64,000 nucleotides of DNA from the IMG/VR virus record IMGVR_UViG_3300027769_000023, positions 1 through 64,000 of that record; one strand, 5' to 3'. Positions 34,901 to 44,738 of the stretch are shown in pieces; the first letter of the stretch is position 1; the number at the start of each line of letters is the position of its first letter. The notes under the pieces are model-generated. The model made no database searches, was not told where the DNA came from, and was given only the letters and a program-made list of their open reading frames with translations. Source of the DNA: a virus (Duplodnaviria; Caudoviricetes). The position numbers and the translations under genes are program-made.

Positions 34901-37040
34901 AATAAATAAACTTATGGGTGCAGGGATGTCTCTAGAAGATGCTTATGCTGCTGTAGAAGATTCTCAATTTGCTGCTGCAATCGCAACTGGTAACTTTACC
35001 ACAGCAGAAATAAAGCAAATGGTTGCAACAAAAAATAATGCAACAGCATTAAAAGAACAATCAGAACAACTTAAGTCTGTAAGATCATATTTTGACTCAT
35101 TAACAAAGGCTGTTACAGATCAAAAGATATTCTCTGGTCTTGCAAAGGATTTGTCAAAAATGGGGATGGACTCCTCTATGATTGCTACAATCCTAGCAGA
35201 CCCAACTCTAGCAAAGGGTATGGCAGATAAGTTAAAGTCTGGAAAATTAGATGCAGAAGGAATTCTTGCAGCAATCAAAAAGATCAAGGATGCACAAACA
35301 GAAAAAGCAATTACTAATATTAACTCTGGAGATTTTGCAGCAGCGTTCCAGCCTGGATATGATGCAGCACAGAAACTCTTTGATATTCAAGAAAGAATGC
35401 TTGATAAGCAGTATCGTGCAATCTTTGCAGCAGATGAAGCAAAAATTGTTAGCGCAGAAGCATTAGTAACAGCAAAACAAAAAGAAATAGATGTACAGCA
35501 GAAGAATGTTGATCTTGCTGAGCAAGGTGTTGAGGCTGCCAATAAGTTAATTGAAGCACAAAACACAAGAAACGAAAAGTTATCTCATGACTTAAAGTTG
35601 ATGGATAAGGCTGCACAGTCAATTAATGATAAGTATGATAAGCAAAAGGCTGCACTTGATAAGATTTCTTCTATTAACTCTGTTATTGCTAATCAACAAA
35701 AGAAGCAGATGTCTCTTGCAGATGCTCTTACACAGGGTGATATTTCAGCAGCAGCGCAAGCAGCGCAAGAACTTAGGGACCAGCAGGCAGCAGATGCACT
35801 TGCAGAACAGTCAAAGGGCATAGACTCATTAAGAGAATTAGAACTTTCACGACTTGTAAATGATGAAGGAAAAACTCGTTTACAGATTGAAGAAGAGCAG
35901 TATGTTATTTCTGAAAAGATCTATGCTATTCAGCAGAATGAACTTAAAACTGCACAGGCTGCAGTTGATGCTGCAAATGCTGTACTAAAATCTCGTCAAG
36001 ATGAACTTATTCCACTACAACAAGCAGTAACTGCTGCACAAGAAAAACTAAAAGCAGACCAAGATGCTCTAGAAGCAGCAAAGAAAAACTTAACAGTTCT
36101 TGGACAAACAAAGCAAGAGTGGGAAGATATGAAGTTGCGTGTAGATGCTGCACAACTTGCCAACGATAAATTAATGGCTGGCCAACTAGCAGCAGCACTT
36201 GCTACAGCAGCCGTAGTTGACAAGACTTGGACCGAGATTACAAATAAACTTGCTGAGTATTATAAAAAAGATGGAACTTCTATTACTATTAAAGAGATTC
36301 ACGAAATCTATGAAGTTATTATGGGGTCAACTGGATCTTCAGGTTCTAGTGGTTCTACTGGTTCAACAACAGCAAACCCTGGAAACATTGATGCAGTAAA
36401 TACAACAGTAAATGATGAATCTGCAAAACTTATACAAGCAGTAAAAGACGGAACACAAACTGATGTAACTGCAGGTAAAATTGCAAATGATATGGCAACA
36501 TCATTGCTTAGCGATAAGGCTGCCACAGCAGCCCTTGGCGGAGTTCCAGGAGTTCTTTCAACTGCAAGGTATACAGGTCAGGCTATTGCTTACGCAGCGC
36601 AAGAGGCAGCAAAAGCAAAGGCTCTGGCAGATGCAGAAGCAGCAGCAGCACGAGCAGCAGCAACCAAGGCCCTAATGTCAGGTGGCGCAGATGCAGAGTA
36701 TGATAGAAGGACTGGATACTCTAGATACGCTATGGGTGGAATGGTTGGAAGTTATTTAGCAGGTGGAGGGTTTGGAATGAAGGCAGTTGGAACAGACATT
36801 ATTCCAGCAATGCTAACTCCAGGGGAGTTCGTCGTTACCAAATATGGAGTTCAAAATTATGGAGTTGAAAACCTTCGTGCAATCAATTCTGGAAGTAAGA
36901 ATTTAGATAGCAACTCAGTGTATAATTATAGTCTAACAGTAAATGCAAAGTCAGACGCTAGCCCAGATGATATTGCAAGAACGGTTATTTCACAAATTAA
37001 ACAAATTGACGCACAAAGAATTCGGGGGAATAAACTATAA
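28980..37040 (+). CDS. Tape measure protein (2686 aa)
   Basis: TP901-type TMP core (GINASEGANALKSGL...), transmembrane/Gly-zipper segments, long coiled coils, two GxD..PAML.PGE motifs. Confidence 0.92.
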   Translation: MADIQSNIVVNIDTSAALAELKALQRQISAFHSSMAKGGAASTAVSANMQQNLANTINSSGKFHAEMVRVRSTTESFNTALAKNQLSMKEYFRYAGGASKTFGRLFKQEHETINKVVRENVKTLQTQYIKMGRDASGSLKAMSVRPLALDMKNLQTQTALAAQKQALLNQLLRQGSTNLLNFGKNTQWAGRQLMVGFTVPLMYFGAAASKTFMQIEEQAIKFKRVYGDLFTTSSESAKALKDVQLLANEFTKYGIAVADTMKMAADVAATGKVGADLMSQVASATKLAVLGNIDQEKSLETIISLTSTFGIAANDLAQNIDFLNAVENQTILNIDDLTTAIPKAAPVIKQLGGNVQDLAFFMTAMREGGINASEGANALKSGLASMINPSAKASAFLKDLGINLKGIVESNQGDIKTTVIQFAQALDTLDPLNRSRAIEQLFGKFQFARISTLFQNVLKEGTQAQTVLGLTKATTEELAILSERELSKISDSPMFKFKKQIEDLKVAIAPIGGEFLKALTPVVKFFGGIFEKFNGLSDGAKKFIVILTTVVAGIGPLLLMSFGLLANGVANIIKMFVGIKSIFNGVGKSSLGLGEQTNYLTQQQMENAASAASLDQAHQRLQQRFTSEKTAVVQLTAAYLQAVQAQRAFGMPAMRPGMPGKPPMRLAEGIVTVPGPKGAGDVVPAMLSPGESVIPAKQSDKYAPLISGIIADNIPGYIKGLQGAGGKTEFAHIGSMTPVPAATLAAQLNQMEGAVTARALRVINAVAAQFGNALMVNVYGKLGMTTGQTSTGKSINGLLGKPGGVAKSEFVADFDKQGMQRWKASLKAAGLKMDDVSAELTQLDRGIREYMTSVHKGAVVTDQTVKQAYEYSTKKMAADSRVVTAFNQLANTAGEARVNISQAVAAKFGLSKVPTAGSKPVVRVGEERIRTGGDRLPFYRSAGFDIVKAATRAIAEGAKSALKVASPSKEMRTVGEQSGAGLVLGAKGQIDDATVAGQQIGAAIKTGAVSGPMPTGSQSGNRAALYGTGPVDANAKSVRRQLELVEKRKLAEAKKQLKLDERISQSKQALYGTTGEITQDMRTQRRLRQATERALIKAQAERAKAEAAAAANVIKQSSLTAALERLKNRAIMARTDSELMAAKRAKMSSVGGKIGGAAMGLSMVAMMGSMAGGKVGEMSQKAMMPLMLLSMAATMAGSSLGLLALGIGVVIGAYVMNRMAVDKAGDAAIAFADRVNGSNQALQGFAEFAGRVTASEIMDRRRKDEIKQYQTKTGKTTFGESFVAGEKGKALVKDVGANIGQNGTALASTQLFRQLAMGVTSGAMTTQEARSIAINIGDELGNQAFGIQVNAKLTELLGPNGENYLKDPLAIRTKMVDATNRDLKASSKRAGQSFGYTGKDLKNIGGYTAAGAGAGAAAGAIAGQMLIPIPGVGAAVGAVLGTIIGGTAGYFKGRTERGKRIAANTGADAAMQKIALEEQQQMLDGLELDYQKRIDIAKAAGDATEASRLENLYLEDKQKLLTKQKETTDMIMTNFKGADSAIQDAYMNSANKLMTKKYKGTAVEDVVPMAQQAIDDSAGTKEQKYLLKMEVASGNIDPVMLISLMNLASTDKAAFDSTMNIITKFGGKAASEAQQVADLFIGADGKPNTKLQTDFMLKVSKATTAKEAQKIIDFNQQITRAGGELDVAYLISYYEKNPDAAGKLQEYYDLLKANGGNLEISVMTKFLPPEYLGAIDQAYYNKLTDNEKQVYMNEIVTIMSITDEASFKADPDVQKWLSEPKEKGGGEFYQGASFPVQKQMYAQHLAGIKTEALDGTEGVNLGGGGGAKTGPTASPLDELIKKIRDLRKAQQGLTVGWGSSMKAMNALFTDAKGKVKNLSPSKDKNGKSTGPFNGLENNLRKKGMGQGAIDFLTGLSVEDYKKVGPKFIEIDKKTGAIRVKNAAQLNALLNNIAIGNFQNENEKFIDNIKNQGSAINKLMGAGMSLEDAYAAVEDSQFAAAIATGNFTTAEIKQMVATKNNATALKEQSEQLKSVRSYFDSLTKAVTDQKIFSGLAKDLSKMGMDSSMIATILADPTLAKGMADKLKSGKLDAEGILAAIKKIKDAQTEKAITNINSGDFAAAFQPGYDAAQKLFDIQERMLDKQYRAIFAADEAKIVSAEALVTAKQKEIDVQQKNVDLAEQGVEAANKLIEAQNTRNEKLSHDLKLMDKAAQSINDKYDKQKAALDKISSINSVIANQQKKQMSLADALTQGDISAAAQAAQELRDQQAADALAEQSKGIDSLRELELSRLVNDEGKTRLQIEEEQYVISEKIYAIQQNELKTAQAAVDAANAVLKSRQDELIPLQQAVTAAQEKLKADQDALEAAKKNLTVLGQTKQEWEDMKLRVDAAQLANDKLMAGQLAAALATAAVVDKTWTEITNKLAEYYKKDGTSITIKEIHEIYEVIMGSTGSSGSSGSTGSTTANPGNIDAVNTTVNDESAKLIQAVKDGTQTDVTAGKIANDMATSLLSDKAATAALGGVPGVLSTARYTGQAIAYAAQEAAKAKALADAEAAAARAAATKALMSGGADAEYDRRTGYSRYAMGGMVGSYLAGGGFGMKAVGTDIIPAMLTPGEFVVTKYGVQNYGVENLRAINSGSKNLDSNSVYNYSLTVNAKSDASPDDIARTVISQIKQIDAQRIRGNKL

Positions 37041-37681
37041 TGGCTACAGTACAGTATCTACAGGGACGTAAAAAATATGTAAGACCACAGGCCATCATGC
37101 TATCCAATAACCCTGGAAGACTTACTATGGATGAGAATGGTGTTCCATACTTCTACCCAGTAGGTTATGAGGTTGGTCAGGATATATCTGATACCAGCGA
37201 GGTAAGACAAAACGACTTTTTAATATTATCAGACCATAATAGACAGCCTATTGATGTGTCCATTGAAAGACTAGAAAAGCGTGAAAGAACTATTAATGGA
37301 AGAATGAGATCCTATCACATTGCAGATAAAAGAAAGTTTTCATTGTCATGGGACAACATCCCATCAAGAGCATTTTCTGAAAATCCACTATTTGATGCAA
37401 ATGGAAAAGCAGCAGACGGGGTTATCTATCACACTGTTGATGGAGGAGCAGGCGGAGCAGAAATGCTTGAATGGTACAAGAACTCTGTCGGATCAATGTG
37501 GGCTTATCTTGCTTATGATAATCGTCCTCTTTTTGGAACTACAGATGCAGCATATAATAGTTTACAAAGATACCAAGAAGTTGTTGAGGTTTTTATAGCA
37601 GACTTTTCTTTTAATATTTCAAAAAGATCTCAGGGAAACTATGATCTATGGAATGTCTCTATGTCATTGGAAGAAGCCTAA
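37040..37681 (+). CDS. Distal tail (Dit-like) protein
   Basis: First gene after the TMP; RTINGRMRSYHIADKRKFSLSW motif; TAATG coupling. Confidence 0.6.
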   Translation: MATVQYLQGRKKYVRPQAIMLSNNPGRLTMDENGVPYFYPVGYEVGQDISDTSEVRQNDFLILSDHNRQPIDVSIERLEKRERTINGRMRSYHIADKRKFSLSWDNIPSRAFSENPLFDANGKAADGVIYHTVDGGAGGAEMLEWYKNSVGSMWAYLAYDNRPLFGTTDAAYNSLQRYQEVVEVFIADFSFNISKRSQGNYDLWNVSMSLEEA

Positions 37682-40600
37682 TGTTTCAGAGCAGTGAATT
37701 AAAAGATCTTGTTGAAAAGTTTTCAACCCTAAAGTCACGAGGTATTGTGACAATGGAATGGAACCTTAATGTATCTAGCAATATTGCTGCAATTGGAAAC
37801 TATAGATATAGACCGTTAGAGGCATCCTCCATATATAGAAGTTTGACACAAACCTATGACATTAATGATACTGGTAAATTTTATACAGACGCTACAGATG
37901 CTGATATTATTGTAGATGGTGGATACAAAGATAATAATACTCCAGAAGTCTTTAAATCTAAAAAAGAAAAAATTGCACAGTTATACTCTCTAGAGGATTG
38001 CTTTAATGCCTTTAGGCCTAGATCTGGAATTAATAAGTTGTCTTATTTTGCAAATAAGTTTACTCATAATACAAACCAGTTCCTTGCACAACGACCAAGA
38101 TACTACATGTCTGATAGCAAAGACAAGTTTAAGTATTGGTCATCTTTTAGAACAGAAGAAAATATTGAGCGAGGAATTGCAAAAAATATTTCAAATGGAC
38201 AATTTTATATTGATGATGCATGCCCATATGTTGTTTACAAAGAACAGGTTCCAGCCAATAGGCTTGTTGTTAAAATGCAAACAAATGTTGGAACCAAAGA
38301 TCTTGGCCCATTCTCTACTGGATCTGGATTGCTTAGTGACCCACTATTTGGTGATTCAAATAAAACAACTCCAGTGAAATGGAAAATTCAGGTACTTAAA
38401 GATAATAACTGGATAGATGTACAGTCATTTAATTCACTTTCAAGAAGATCAGATGGTTCAGCAATCATACAAGAAGATGGCTATTTAGAACTATCATATG
38501 GACTTATTATTCCAGATAAGTATGAAAGCATATTCATTAATGCAGGAGATTTAATATCAACAGAGCAACTGCCAGAAAGTCCAATTCCTGGATTCTCTTA
38601 TTTAGTAAAGTCTACAGAAGAAGACCTTGGAAAGTTTTATATATGGCTAAATGGTCAGTATGAAACCTTTACCCCAAACTATGGATGGCATATTGCTAGT
38701 TCTGTTGTTGGACAAAACACAAACTTTGTTACTGATTTTACTAGCCCAAAAACATTCTTAAACCCACAGACACAATCTATTGCATATAAAGAGTTTGATT
38801 ATATTACTGGAATTAGAGTTGCAGTAGAAACAATGAATAAGTTTGACTCATGCTTTGATCTTATTGAAATTTCTCCAAGGTTGATTTCTGATGTTTCTGA
38901 TAAAACTACTGAGTTTGAAGTTAACAAGATTGCATCAGATCTGGGCGGATCTGGATTACCAGTAGGACAACTTTTAGCATCCACAGGAACTATTACAATT
39001 ACAGACTACGATTTATCATTTAATGAAAATAATACAAACAGCATAGTAAAGAACTATTTAAATAAAAACGTTAAGTTTTCATTCTATGATGCAATTGACA
39101 ATTATTCTGGTTATGAATTTTATGTACCAATCAAAACCCTGTATTCAGAATCAGTTCCAAAAACAAACTTAGAGTCAAGAACAATATCTATGGAACTTAG
39201 AGATATGTATTTTCATTTTGAGTCCTTATCTGCACCAGACTTACTACTAACGGATGCGTCACTTTCTTTCGTAATTTCTACACTGCTAGACTCGATAGGA
39301 TTTAGCAACTACTCTTTTAAGTTTTTAACTGGTCAAAAGGATATAGTTATCCCATATTTCTTTTGTAGTTCAACACAGACAATTGCCGAAGTTTTGAATG
39401 CCCTTGCGGTATCTTTTCAGAGTTCTATGTTCTTTGATGAGTACAATAATTTTATTGTAATGAGTAAAGAGTACACCCTTCCATTAGGAACATCAAGAGG
39501 TATAGACTCAACCCTTTATGGCTCACCTGCAGACGATCCAGATATCTTTGAAAACATTATTGGCGTTTCTTCTATAGACAACAATGTCTACAATGATGGA
39601 AAGATTGATTATACTACTAGATATATTCAGAGGTCTTATGGTTCTATTAAGCAATCAACAATGCTAGACCAAGATAAAAACTGGGTATATAAGCCTTACC
39701 TACTTTGGGAAGTTACAGGAACAGAAAATACAAAGTCCGTAAATGACAATGTTGCAAACATGTCCAAGCACATGCTTTCTGCAATGCCACTAAGTTCTGA
39801 TCTTTCAAACCTTGTTCCTAAAGTTGTAAATAATATTTTAACTAATAACATTATAGATCTTGGCGAAAATGCTTATTGGCTTACACGATACAATGGATAT
39901 CTTTATGCAAATGGAGAAATTATTAAGTATGATGCTGCTCAGTTTAATGTTTCAAAGATAGGAAATGTTTGGATATCTAGCGTTGAAGAATATCAAAACT
40001 ACTTTTCTTCTTTGCCTTTTAATGGTAAGATTTACCCAACAGGACTATTGCGAATATACTCTGAGCCAGATTACGAGATTGTTAACGGTGTGACCAGGCT
40101 AAAGTCTGGAGAAGTTAAAAAGCATGGCCGTGGCCAATTTGGGACAACTGTAACTAGTCATTCTGCTGGCCTGAATTCTTATTGGACAAATAATGATAAT
40201 GTTCGTGGATGCAATATGTATTCAGAATTTTTGTTTACTTCAAATGAAAATACTAAGACTACGGTTAATGAGGCAGCAGGTGTAAACAATGAACTTGCAA
40301 AACAGATGACAAGGACGGGAGTTATCAGAAACTTTTTAACAAACTCTTATATTTCTGAGTATGATGATTCTAAAAAGATATCGACTACTTCTGGATCCGT
40401 TCAGTCATCAGCGCTTGTAATGACTGGTCCAAACTTTACTACCACACAAACACCAATTGAGAATATTAGTTATGTATATAAACCACTTACAAATAAGTTT
40501 AAGCATTTTGGAACAAGGCTTAGAATTATTGGAAAAATTGAAAATAATGAAGTTCGTGGGCAAACTCCATCTGGTAGCATGACATACTACGTAATACCTG

Positions 40601-41940
40601 GAACAGACCCATCTCAAAATATTAGTATTGGAGGAGGATCTGGAGGACTTGGTGTAATGGTAAATCCAAGTACAAATGCTGGTTACTATTTTGAAATAGC
40701 AGCACTTACAGATACCAACATATCAAAATATACAGATGGAGACGATACTCACAACCTATTCTTTTACAAAATACAAAAAGATTCGGCTTCCGATAAAGCG
40801 GTACCTATAAAACTTTGGGGAGGGCTAAGTAGTGTTATTGTTGATGATGGCACACTAGTAGGCCAGTATAGAGTTAATGGGGAAGAAAATCCAACAGTAT
40901 ATGATATTGCTGTTGAGTATATGGACATAGGCTCAGTAAGAAACTTTTATTTGTACATTAATAATAAGATAGTTGCAACAGTAACAGATACAAATCCGTT
41001 ACCAGTTTATAACAATATGTGCTTATTTACTCGTGGTTCTTCTAAGTTGATGTTTGAAAATATTTTTGCTGTTACTGATAACTATTCACAGAATACAACT
41101 TTTGCGGTTGATATCCCATTTAATCAAGTTTTTGATAATCAAGAAATTAATGCAAATGAGGCATTTAGAAAATACGCAATGAGTGGAGTTATTCAGTCAA
41201 CGTACCTTGCAGGTATAAGTCCAAGCCAACCACCATCTTACTCTATGTATTTTGATGAGTTTGGAACAATCATGAGAGAGTGCGAGTACTTTAATATAAA
41301 ATACGATAAAGCCTATCCTGCTCTTTATGCAAAAATATCTCCAACATTTAATAAGATCAAGGGCTATGCAATCTCAGGATTTCAGGCAAACCCATATGGT
41401 GCGGAGTTTTTAATCTTCAATGCAACAGATTCAGCACTCAGTCTTGATGAAACTACTGGAAACTATCTTAGAATCCAGGGAGTAACTTTCACGCAAGATT
41501 CCCAACACTCCTTAACTGTTGACGACTACTTTGCAGAAAAGTCAAGTTTTTCAAATCCTAAATTTTTAAATAACAACCTTGTTAGTTCTCCATATACAGA
41601 ATTAGAAAAATATAATAAAATAAATTTAAGCAGATCAACTTATGGTAAAAAAGAATTTTCATTAGAGTTACCGTATGTACAAACACAGGATGCTGCAAAG
41701 AATATGATGGGCTGGATTATCAATAAGATAATGAAACCAACAAAGTCTGTTGGGCTTGACATATTCTCTAATCCAATGATTCAATTAGGAGATATTCTAA
41801 ATATTAATTATAAAGATGATTCGGGTATGGATATTATTTCAAGCACAGATACAAAGTATGTAGTTTATAATATCAATTACGCCAGAAGCAGCCAAGGTCC
41901 GTCTATGACACTCTATCTAAGCGAGGTTCCAAATGACTAG
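37681..41940 (+). CDS. Tail tip/hub (Tal-like) protein
   Basis: Large protein after Dit; C-terminal PMIQLGDILNI typical of hub proteins. Start at the TAATG overlap 37681. Confidence 0.6.
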   Translation: MFQSSELKDLVEKFSTLKSRGIVTMEWNLNVSSNIAAIGNYRYRPLEASSIYRSLTQTYDINDTGKFYTDATDADIIVDGGYKDNNTPEVFKSKKEKIAQLYSLEDCFNAFRPRSGINKLSYFANKFTHNTNQFLAQRPRYYMSDSKDKFKYWSSFRTEENIERGIAKNISNGQFYIDDACPYVVYKEQVPANRLVVKMQTNVGTKDLGPFSTGSGLLSDPLFGDSNKTTPVKWKIQVLKDNNWIDVQSFNSLSRRSDGSAIIQEDGYLELSYGLIIPDKYESIFINAGDLISTEQLPESPIPGFSYLVKSTEEDLGKFYIWLNGQYETFTPNYGWHIASSVVGQNTNFVTDFTSPKTFLNPQTQSIAYKEFDYITGIRVAVETMNKFDSCFDLIEISPRLISDVSDKTTEFEVNKIASDLGGSGLPVGQLLASTGTITITDYDLSFNENNTNSIVKNYLNKNVKFSFYDAIDNYSGYEFYVPIKTLYSESVPKTNLESRTISMELRDMYFHFESLSAPDLLLTDASLSFVISTLLDSIGFSNYSFKFLTGQKDIVIPYFFCSSTQTIAEVLNALAVSFQSSMFFDEYNNFIVMSKEYTLPLGTSRGIDSTLYGSPADDPDIFENIIGVSSIDNNVYNDGKIDYTTRYIQRSYGSIKQSTMLDQDKNWVYKPYLLWEVTGTENTKSVNDNVANMSKHMLSAMPLSSDLSNLVPKVVNNILTNNIIDLGENAYWLTRYNGYLYANGEIIKYDAAQFNVSKIGNVWISSVEEYQNYFSSLPFNGKIYPTGLLRIYSEPDYEIVNGVTRLKSGEVKKHGRGQFGTTVTSHSAGLNSYWTNNDNVRGCNMYSEFLFTSNENTKTTVNEAAGVNNELAKQMTRTGVIRNFLTNSYISEYDDSKKISTTSGSVQSSALVMTGPNFTTTQTPIENISYVYKPLTNKFKHFGTRLRIIGKIENNEVRGQTPSGSMTYYVIPGTDPSQNISIGGGSGGLGVMVNPSTNAGYYFEIAALTDTNISKYTDGDDTHNLFFYKIQKDSASDKAVPIKLWGGLSSVIVDDGTLVGQYRVNGEENPTVYDIAVEYMDIGSVRNFYLYINNKIVATVTDTNPLPVYNNMCLFTRGSSKLMFENIFAVTDNYSQNTTFAVDIPFNQVFDNQEINANEAFRKYAMSGVIQSTYLAGISPSQPPSYSMYFDEFGTIMRECEYFNIKYDKAYPALYAKISPTFNKIKGYAISGFQANPYGAEFLIFNATDSALSLDETTGNYLRIQGVTFTQDSQHSLTVDDYFAEKSSFSNPKFLNNNLVSSPYTELEKYNKINLSRSTYGKKEFSLELPYVQTQDAAKNMMGWIINKIMKPTKSVGLDIFSNPMIQLGDILNINYKDDSGMDIISSTDTKYVVYNINYARSSQGPSMTLYLSEVPND

Positions 41941-42409
41941 CCCAACACCAAATACTCCAGGGACGCAGGCAGCCACAACTGCTAGTTCTAAGTCATCAAC
42001 ACCACAATATAGAATTGATCTAAAGGACGAAGAACTAAGCGAATACATGATGACACGACTTGTCTTTGAAGACATTGGTGGAGAAGAAGTTCTAAGCATT
42101 TCAAGAAACGATACTGTCTTTGGTGAAAACTTGATATACCAGCCAATCAAAAATATGATATCTCTTGCACAGAGATATAATTCCCAAAATCTTTTATCTT
42201 TGTATGGAACTGCTCAGTCCTACTTTGATAATTTTCTTATAAAGTTCTCTGACAAGATACCAAATGTTGGCAATGGCATAAATGGTTCTAATGTATATAT
42301 TGAAAATAGCACAGGAGATCTAATAATTGAGGTTGTAAATATGCAGGATGACGAAGAAGTAGAGGTCAGCATTATGGTTTCTGGAGATATTCTACGTGAT
42401 ACAATATAA
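41933..42409 (+). CDS. Tail-tip-associated protein
   Basis: Synteny; overlaps the upstream stop. Confidence 0.5.
   Translation: MTSPTPNTPGTQAATTASSKSSTPQYRIDLKDEELSEYMMTRLVFEDIGGEEVLSISRNDTVFGENLIYQPIKNMISLAQRYNSQNLLSLYGTAQSYFDNFLIKFSDKIPNVGNGINGSNVYIENSTGDLIIEVVNMQDDEEVEVSIMVSGDILRDTI
42397..42405 (+). promoter_or_regulatory. Extended -10 promoter (TGATACAAT) in the last codons of the upstream gene
   Basis: Followed by an AGGAGA SD and ATG 42425. Confidence 0.5.
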
Positions 42410-42424
42410 CATAGGAGAAATAAG

Positions 42425-43576
42425 ATGATTACTAATAAAGGCAAAGACATTATTGGAAAGTACTTGCTTGGGCAAGCCCCAGCATACGCTTCATATATTG
42501 CTGTTGGTTGTGGCGCTAAGCCTCTAGAGCCATATGTCAGTGGTGCAATTCCAGACTATTCAGCCAAGAAAACTTTAGATTTTGAAATGTTTAGAATTCC
42601 AATTTCTTCTCGTGGCTTTATTGATGATGATGGTGTGTCAAAAATTGTTTTAACTGGAGAACTTCCAACTGAAGAAAGATATGAAATTACAGAGGTTGGA
42701 ATTTTTTCTGCAAAGTCAAACTCCTTGGCGGGATCAACAGATAGTAAAAATCTATATGCATTTACTACTAATGAAAATTGGAAAATAAATGGAGTTTCAT
42801 CAGTTGTAGCCATACCAGAAAGACTAGATAGCGAAACATTTCCAAACATTATTAGAGACTCTTTCTCAGGTACAGCAAGAGATATATTTCAAACGAACGC
42901 AGACAATCAGGTTTTTACATATGATGTTAGAGAGTCAAGACATGAAAGATCTAGATTTTTAAATAATATGATTATGCTAAGAGGAAACTCTTCTGTTATT
43001 TCAAGTGGCTCAAGCACATGGACAGCCACTGGTAATTTTATTCAATTGTCATCAACCTCAGCAGACTTGTCTAAAAACTCACTAGACGATGAGTTAAGAT
43101 TTGCATTTAGCGTTGTTTCAAAAGATGGAACAGTTCAGACAGTACCAAACTATATGAATGTTAAAATTATTGTTGAGTTTTCTTCTTCTACTGTGTCTGG
43201 ACAAACTTCAAAAATGCAGATTAATCTAGACCATAGCAATACTGCTGGTAGTTTAAATAATTTTAATAACAATAGATATTTTGTAATAAATAAAAAAATA
43301 GAAGAATTAAAAACAACAAGCGGTTTTCCATGGAAGGCTGTAGACACAGTAAAGGTTTATGCAGAAATCAAAAGCGGGGCCTCTTCAGCAAATGCTGTAG
43401 ATGACGACTATTATGTTGCTTTAGATGCATTAAGACTAGAGAACACAACATCAGAAAATGCGTTGTACGGACTAACAGGATACTCTGTGATCAGAAACAT
43501 TTCAGGACTACCTATTGTCAAAAATGGAAATACAAGTAACTATATTGAGTTTAGGTTTGCAATGGATGTGTCATAA
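42425..43576 (+). CDS. Tail/baseplate structural protein
   Basis: MITNKGK..., IAVGCG, EITEVGIF motif typical of fibre-anchor proteins. Confidence 0.55.
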   Translation: MITNKGKDIIGKYLLGQAPAYASYIAVGCGAKPLEPYVSGAIPDYSAKKTLDFEMFRIPISSRGFIDDDGVSKIVLTGELPTEERYEITEVGIFSAKSNSLAGSTDSKNLYAFTTNENWKINGVSSVVAIPERLDSETFPNIIRDSFSGTARDIFQTNADNQVFTYDVRESRHERSRFLNNMIMLRGNSSVISSGSSTWTATGNFIQLSSTSADLSKNSLDDELRFAFSVVSKDGTVQTVPNYMNVKIIVEFSSSTVSGQTSKMQINLDHSNTAGSLNNFNNNRYFVINKKIEELKTTSGFPWKAVDTVKVYAEIKSGASSANAVDDDYYVALDALRLENTTSENALYGLTGYSVIRNISGLPIVKNGNTSNYIEFRFAMDVS

Positions 43577-44088
43577 TGGCAGACAAAGACATAAAAGTTA
43601 TAAGAATTAAAAAAGAAGATCTACCAGCAATAAATCCAACAACCGAAGGATACAACTTTAGATACAGAATAATTTCTGAAGATAAGAATAGAACATCTCA
43701 CTGGTCTTCTCAGATATCATTATCAACCGATTACACATATGTTGCTGGTAATAAGAGTATTTCAGTCCTTGGTGGCGTTGCTTCCGTAACTTGGGAACCA
43801 GTTAAAATTAATAAGGTTGTTAGTGGAATTACCTATAGCCTTGGAACAGAATCAGAATACGACATATGGGTTAAATGGGACAGGGGTGATTCTGGAGACT
43901 GGGCGTATAAACAAAGAGTACAAGGAACATCCATTTCTTTGATTAAGCCAAGTACTTATTTTATTAATAATGTGGAAACAACACTTCCACCAACCTTCGT
44001 AACTGTTGAGATTTTTCTTAAAGGTCTAAAAATAGACAGAAGTATTTCTTATTTGAAAGCATATACGCTTGGCCCACAGGCAGTTTAA
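43576..44088 (+). CDS. Virion protein (FN3-like)
   Basis: YNFRYRI..S.WS and VTWEP...EYDIWV patterns. Confidence 0.45.
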   Translation: MADKDIKVIRIKKEDLPAINPTTEGYNFRYRIISEDKNRTSHWSSQISLSTDYTYVAGNKSISVLGGVASVTWEPVKINKVVSGITYSLGTESEYDIWVKWDRGDSGDWAYKQRVQGTSISLIKPSTYFINNVETTLPPTFVTVEIFLKGLKIDRSISYLKAYTLGPQAV

Positions 44089-44097
44089 TGGTATAAT
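44089..44097 (+). promoter_or_regulatory. Extended -10 promoter (TGGTATAAT), near-leaderless
   Basis: ATG 44107 lies 9 nt downstream; no SD. Confidence 0.65.
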
Positions 44098-44106
44098 AGA
44101 ATAACC

Positions 44107-44547
44107 ATGCCAAACATTCCATTGCCAAATAGAGGCCAACCAATTGACGTAAGTTACCTGTATCAAATTGCAGATGCGGTAAACTCTTTGACCACAAGTA
44201 TTTCTTCTGCATCAAATAAATATGTTACAGTAGACACCATTAGTTTTGGCAAAAAAGATATGGGCGCTTCAGAGATGCGTATGGTTGGCGGATATGCTGA
44301 AGTAGCAAATAACAGTCCAGTAAGTGCAGGAGGAGAGTTACCATTTTCCCTGACGTATAGTGGATTTAAATATGCCCCAATTGTAACAGCAACACCAATC
44401 AACCTTGGCGCCACAGCAGCAGGATCAGATATATCAGTAGTTTTAAAAACAGTGACTGCCTCTAGAGTAGACGGTATCGTTAAGTTTAAAACTGGAGGAA
44501 ATGTAACCCTCGGGGTAAATCTTATTGCTATCGGATTACCAAATTAA
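44107..44547 (+). CDS. Virion protein (H-type-lectin/gp53-like C-terminal fold)
   Basis: FSLTYSGFKYAPIVTATP...VNLIAIG. Confidence 0.45.
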   Translation: MPNIPLPNRGQPIDVSYLYQIADAVNSLTTSISSASNKYVTVDTISFGKKDMGASEMRMVGGYAEVANNSPVSAGGELPFSLTYSGFKYAPIVTATPINLGATAAGSDISVVLKTVTASRVDGIVKFKTGGNVTLGVNLIAIGLPN

Positions 44548-44738
44548 TGCTAAGATGCAGCAGATGTAAGGGTAGGATGTTTGTTGACAGACAATATAGT
44601 TCTGCTAGTTTTTTAGAAATTTATTGTATTTTATGTGGGTTTAGAAAAATGTTTAACCCACCAGAGCAGTCTCAGGAGGGCAAATGGCTACTACAAAAGG
44701 AAATCTTGAGAGCGAAGCATATAATGTCGCACCTGTAA
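44547..44738 (+). CDS. Small zinc-ribbon protein
   Basis: CSRC...CILCG. Confidence 0.6.
   Translation: MLRCSRCKGRMFVDRQYSSASFLEIYCILCGFRKMFNPPEQSQEGKWLLQKEILRAKHIMSHL

Noticed and set aside
36918-36930. GTGTATAAT near the end of the TMP as a promoter for tail-tip genes
   Set aside because: It lacks the TGn extension and a -35, encodes an ordinary SVYNY peptide, and the next gene is already TAATG-coupled; possible but unsupported.
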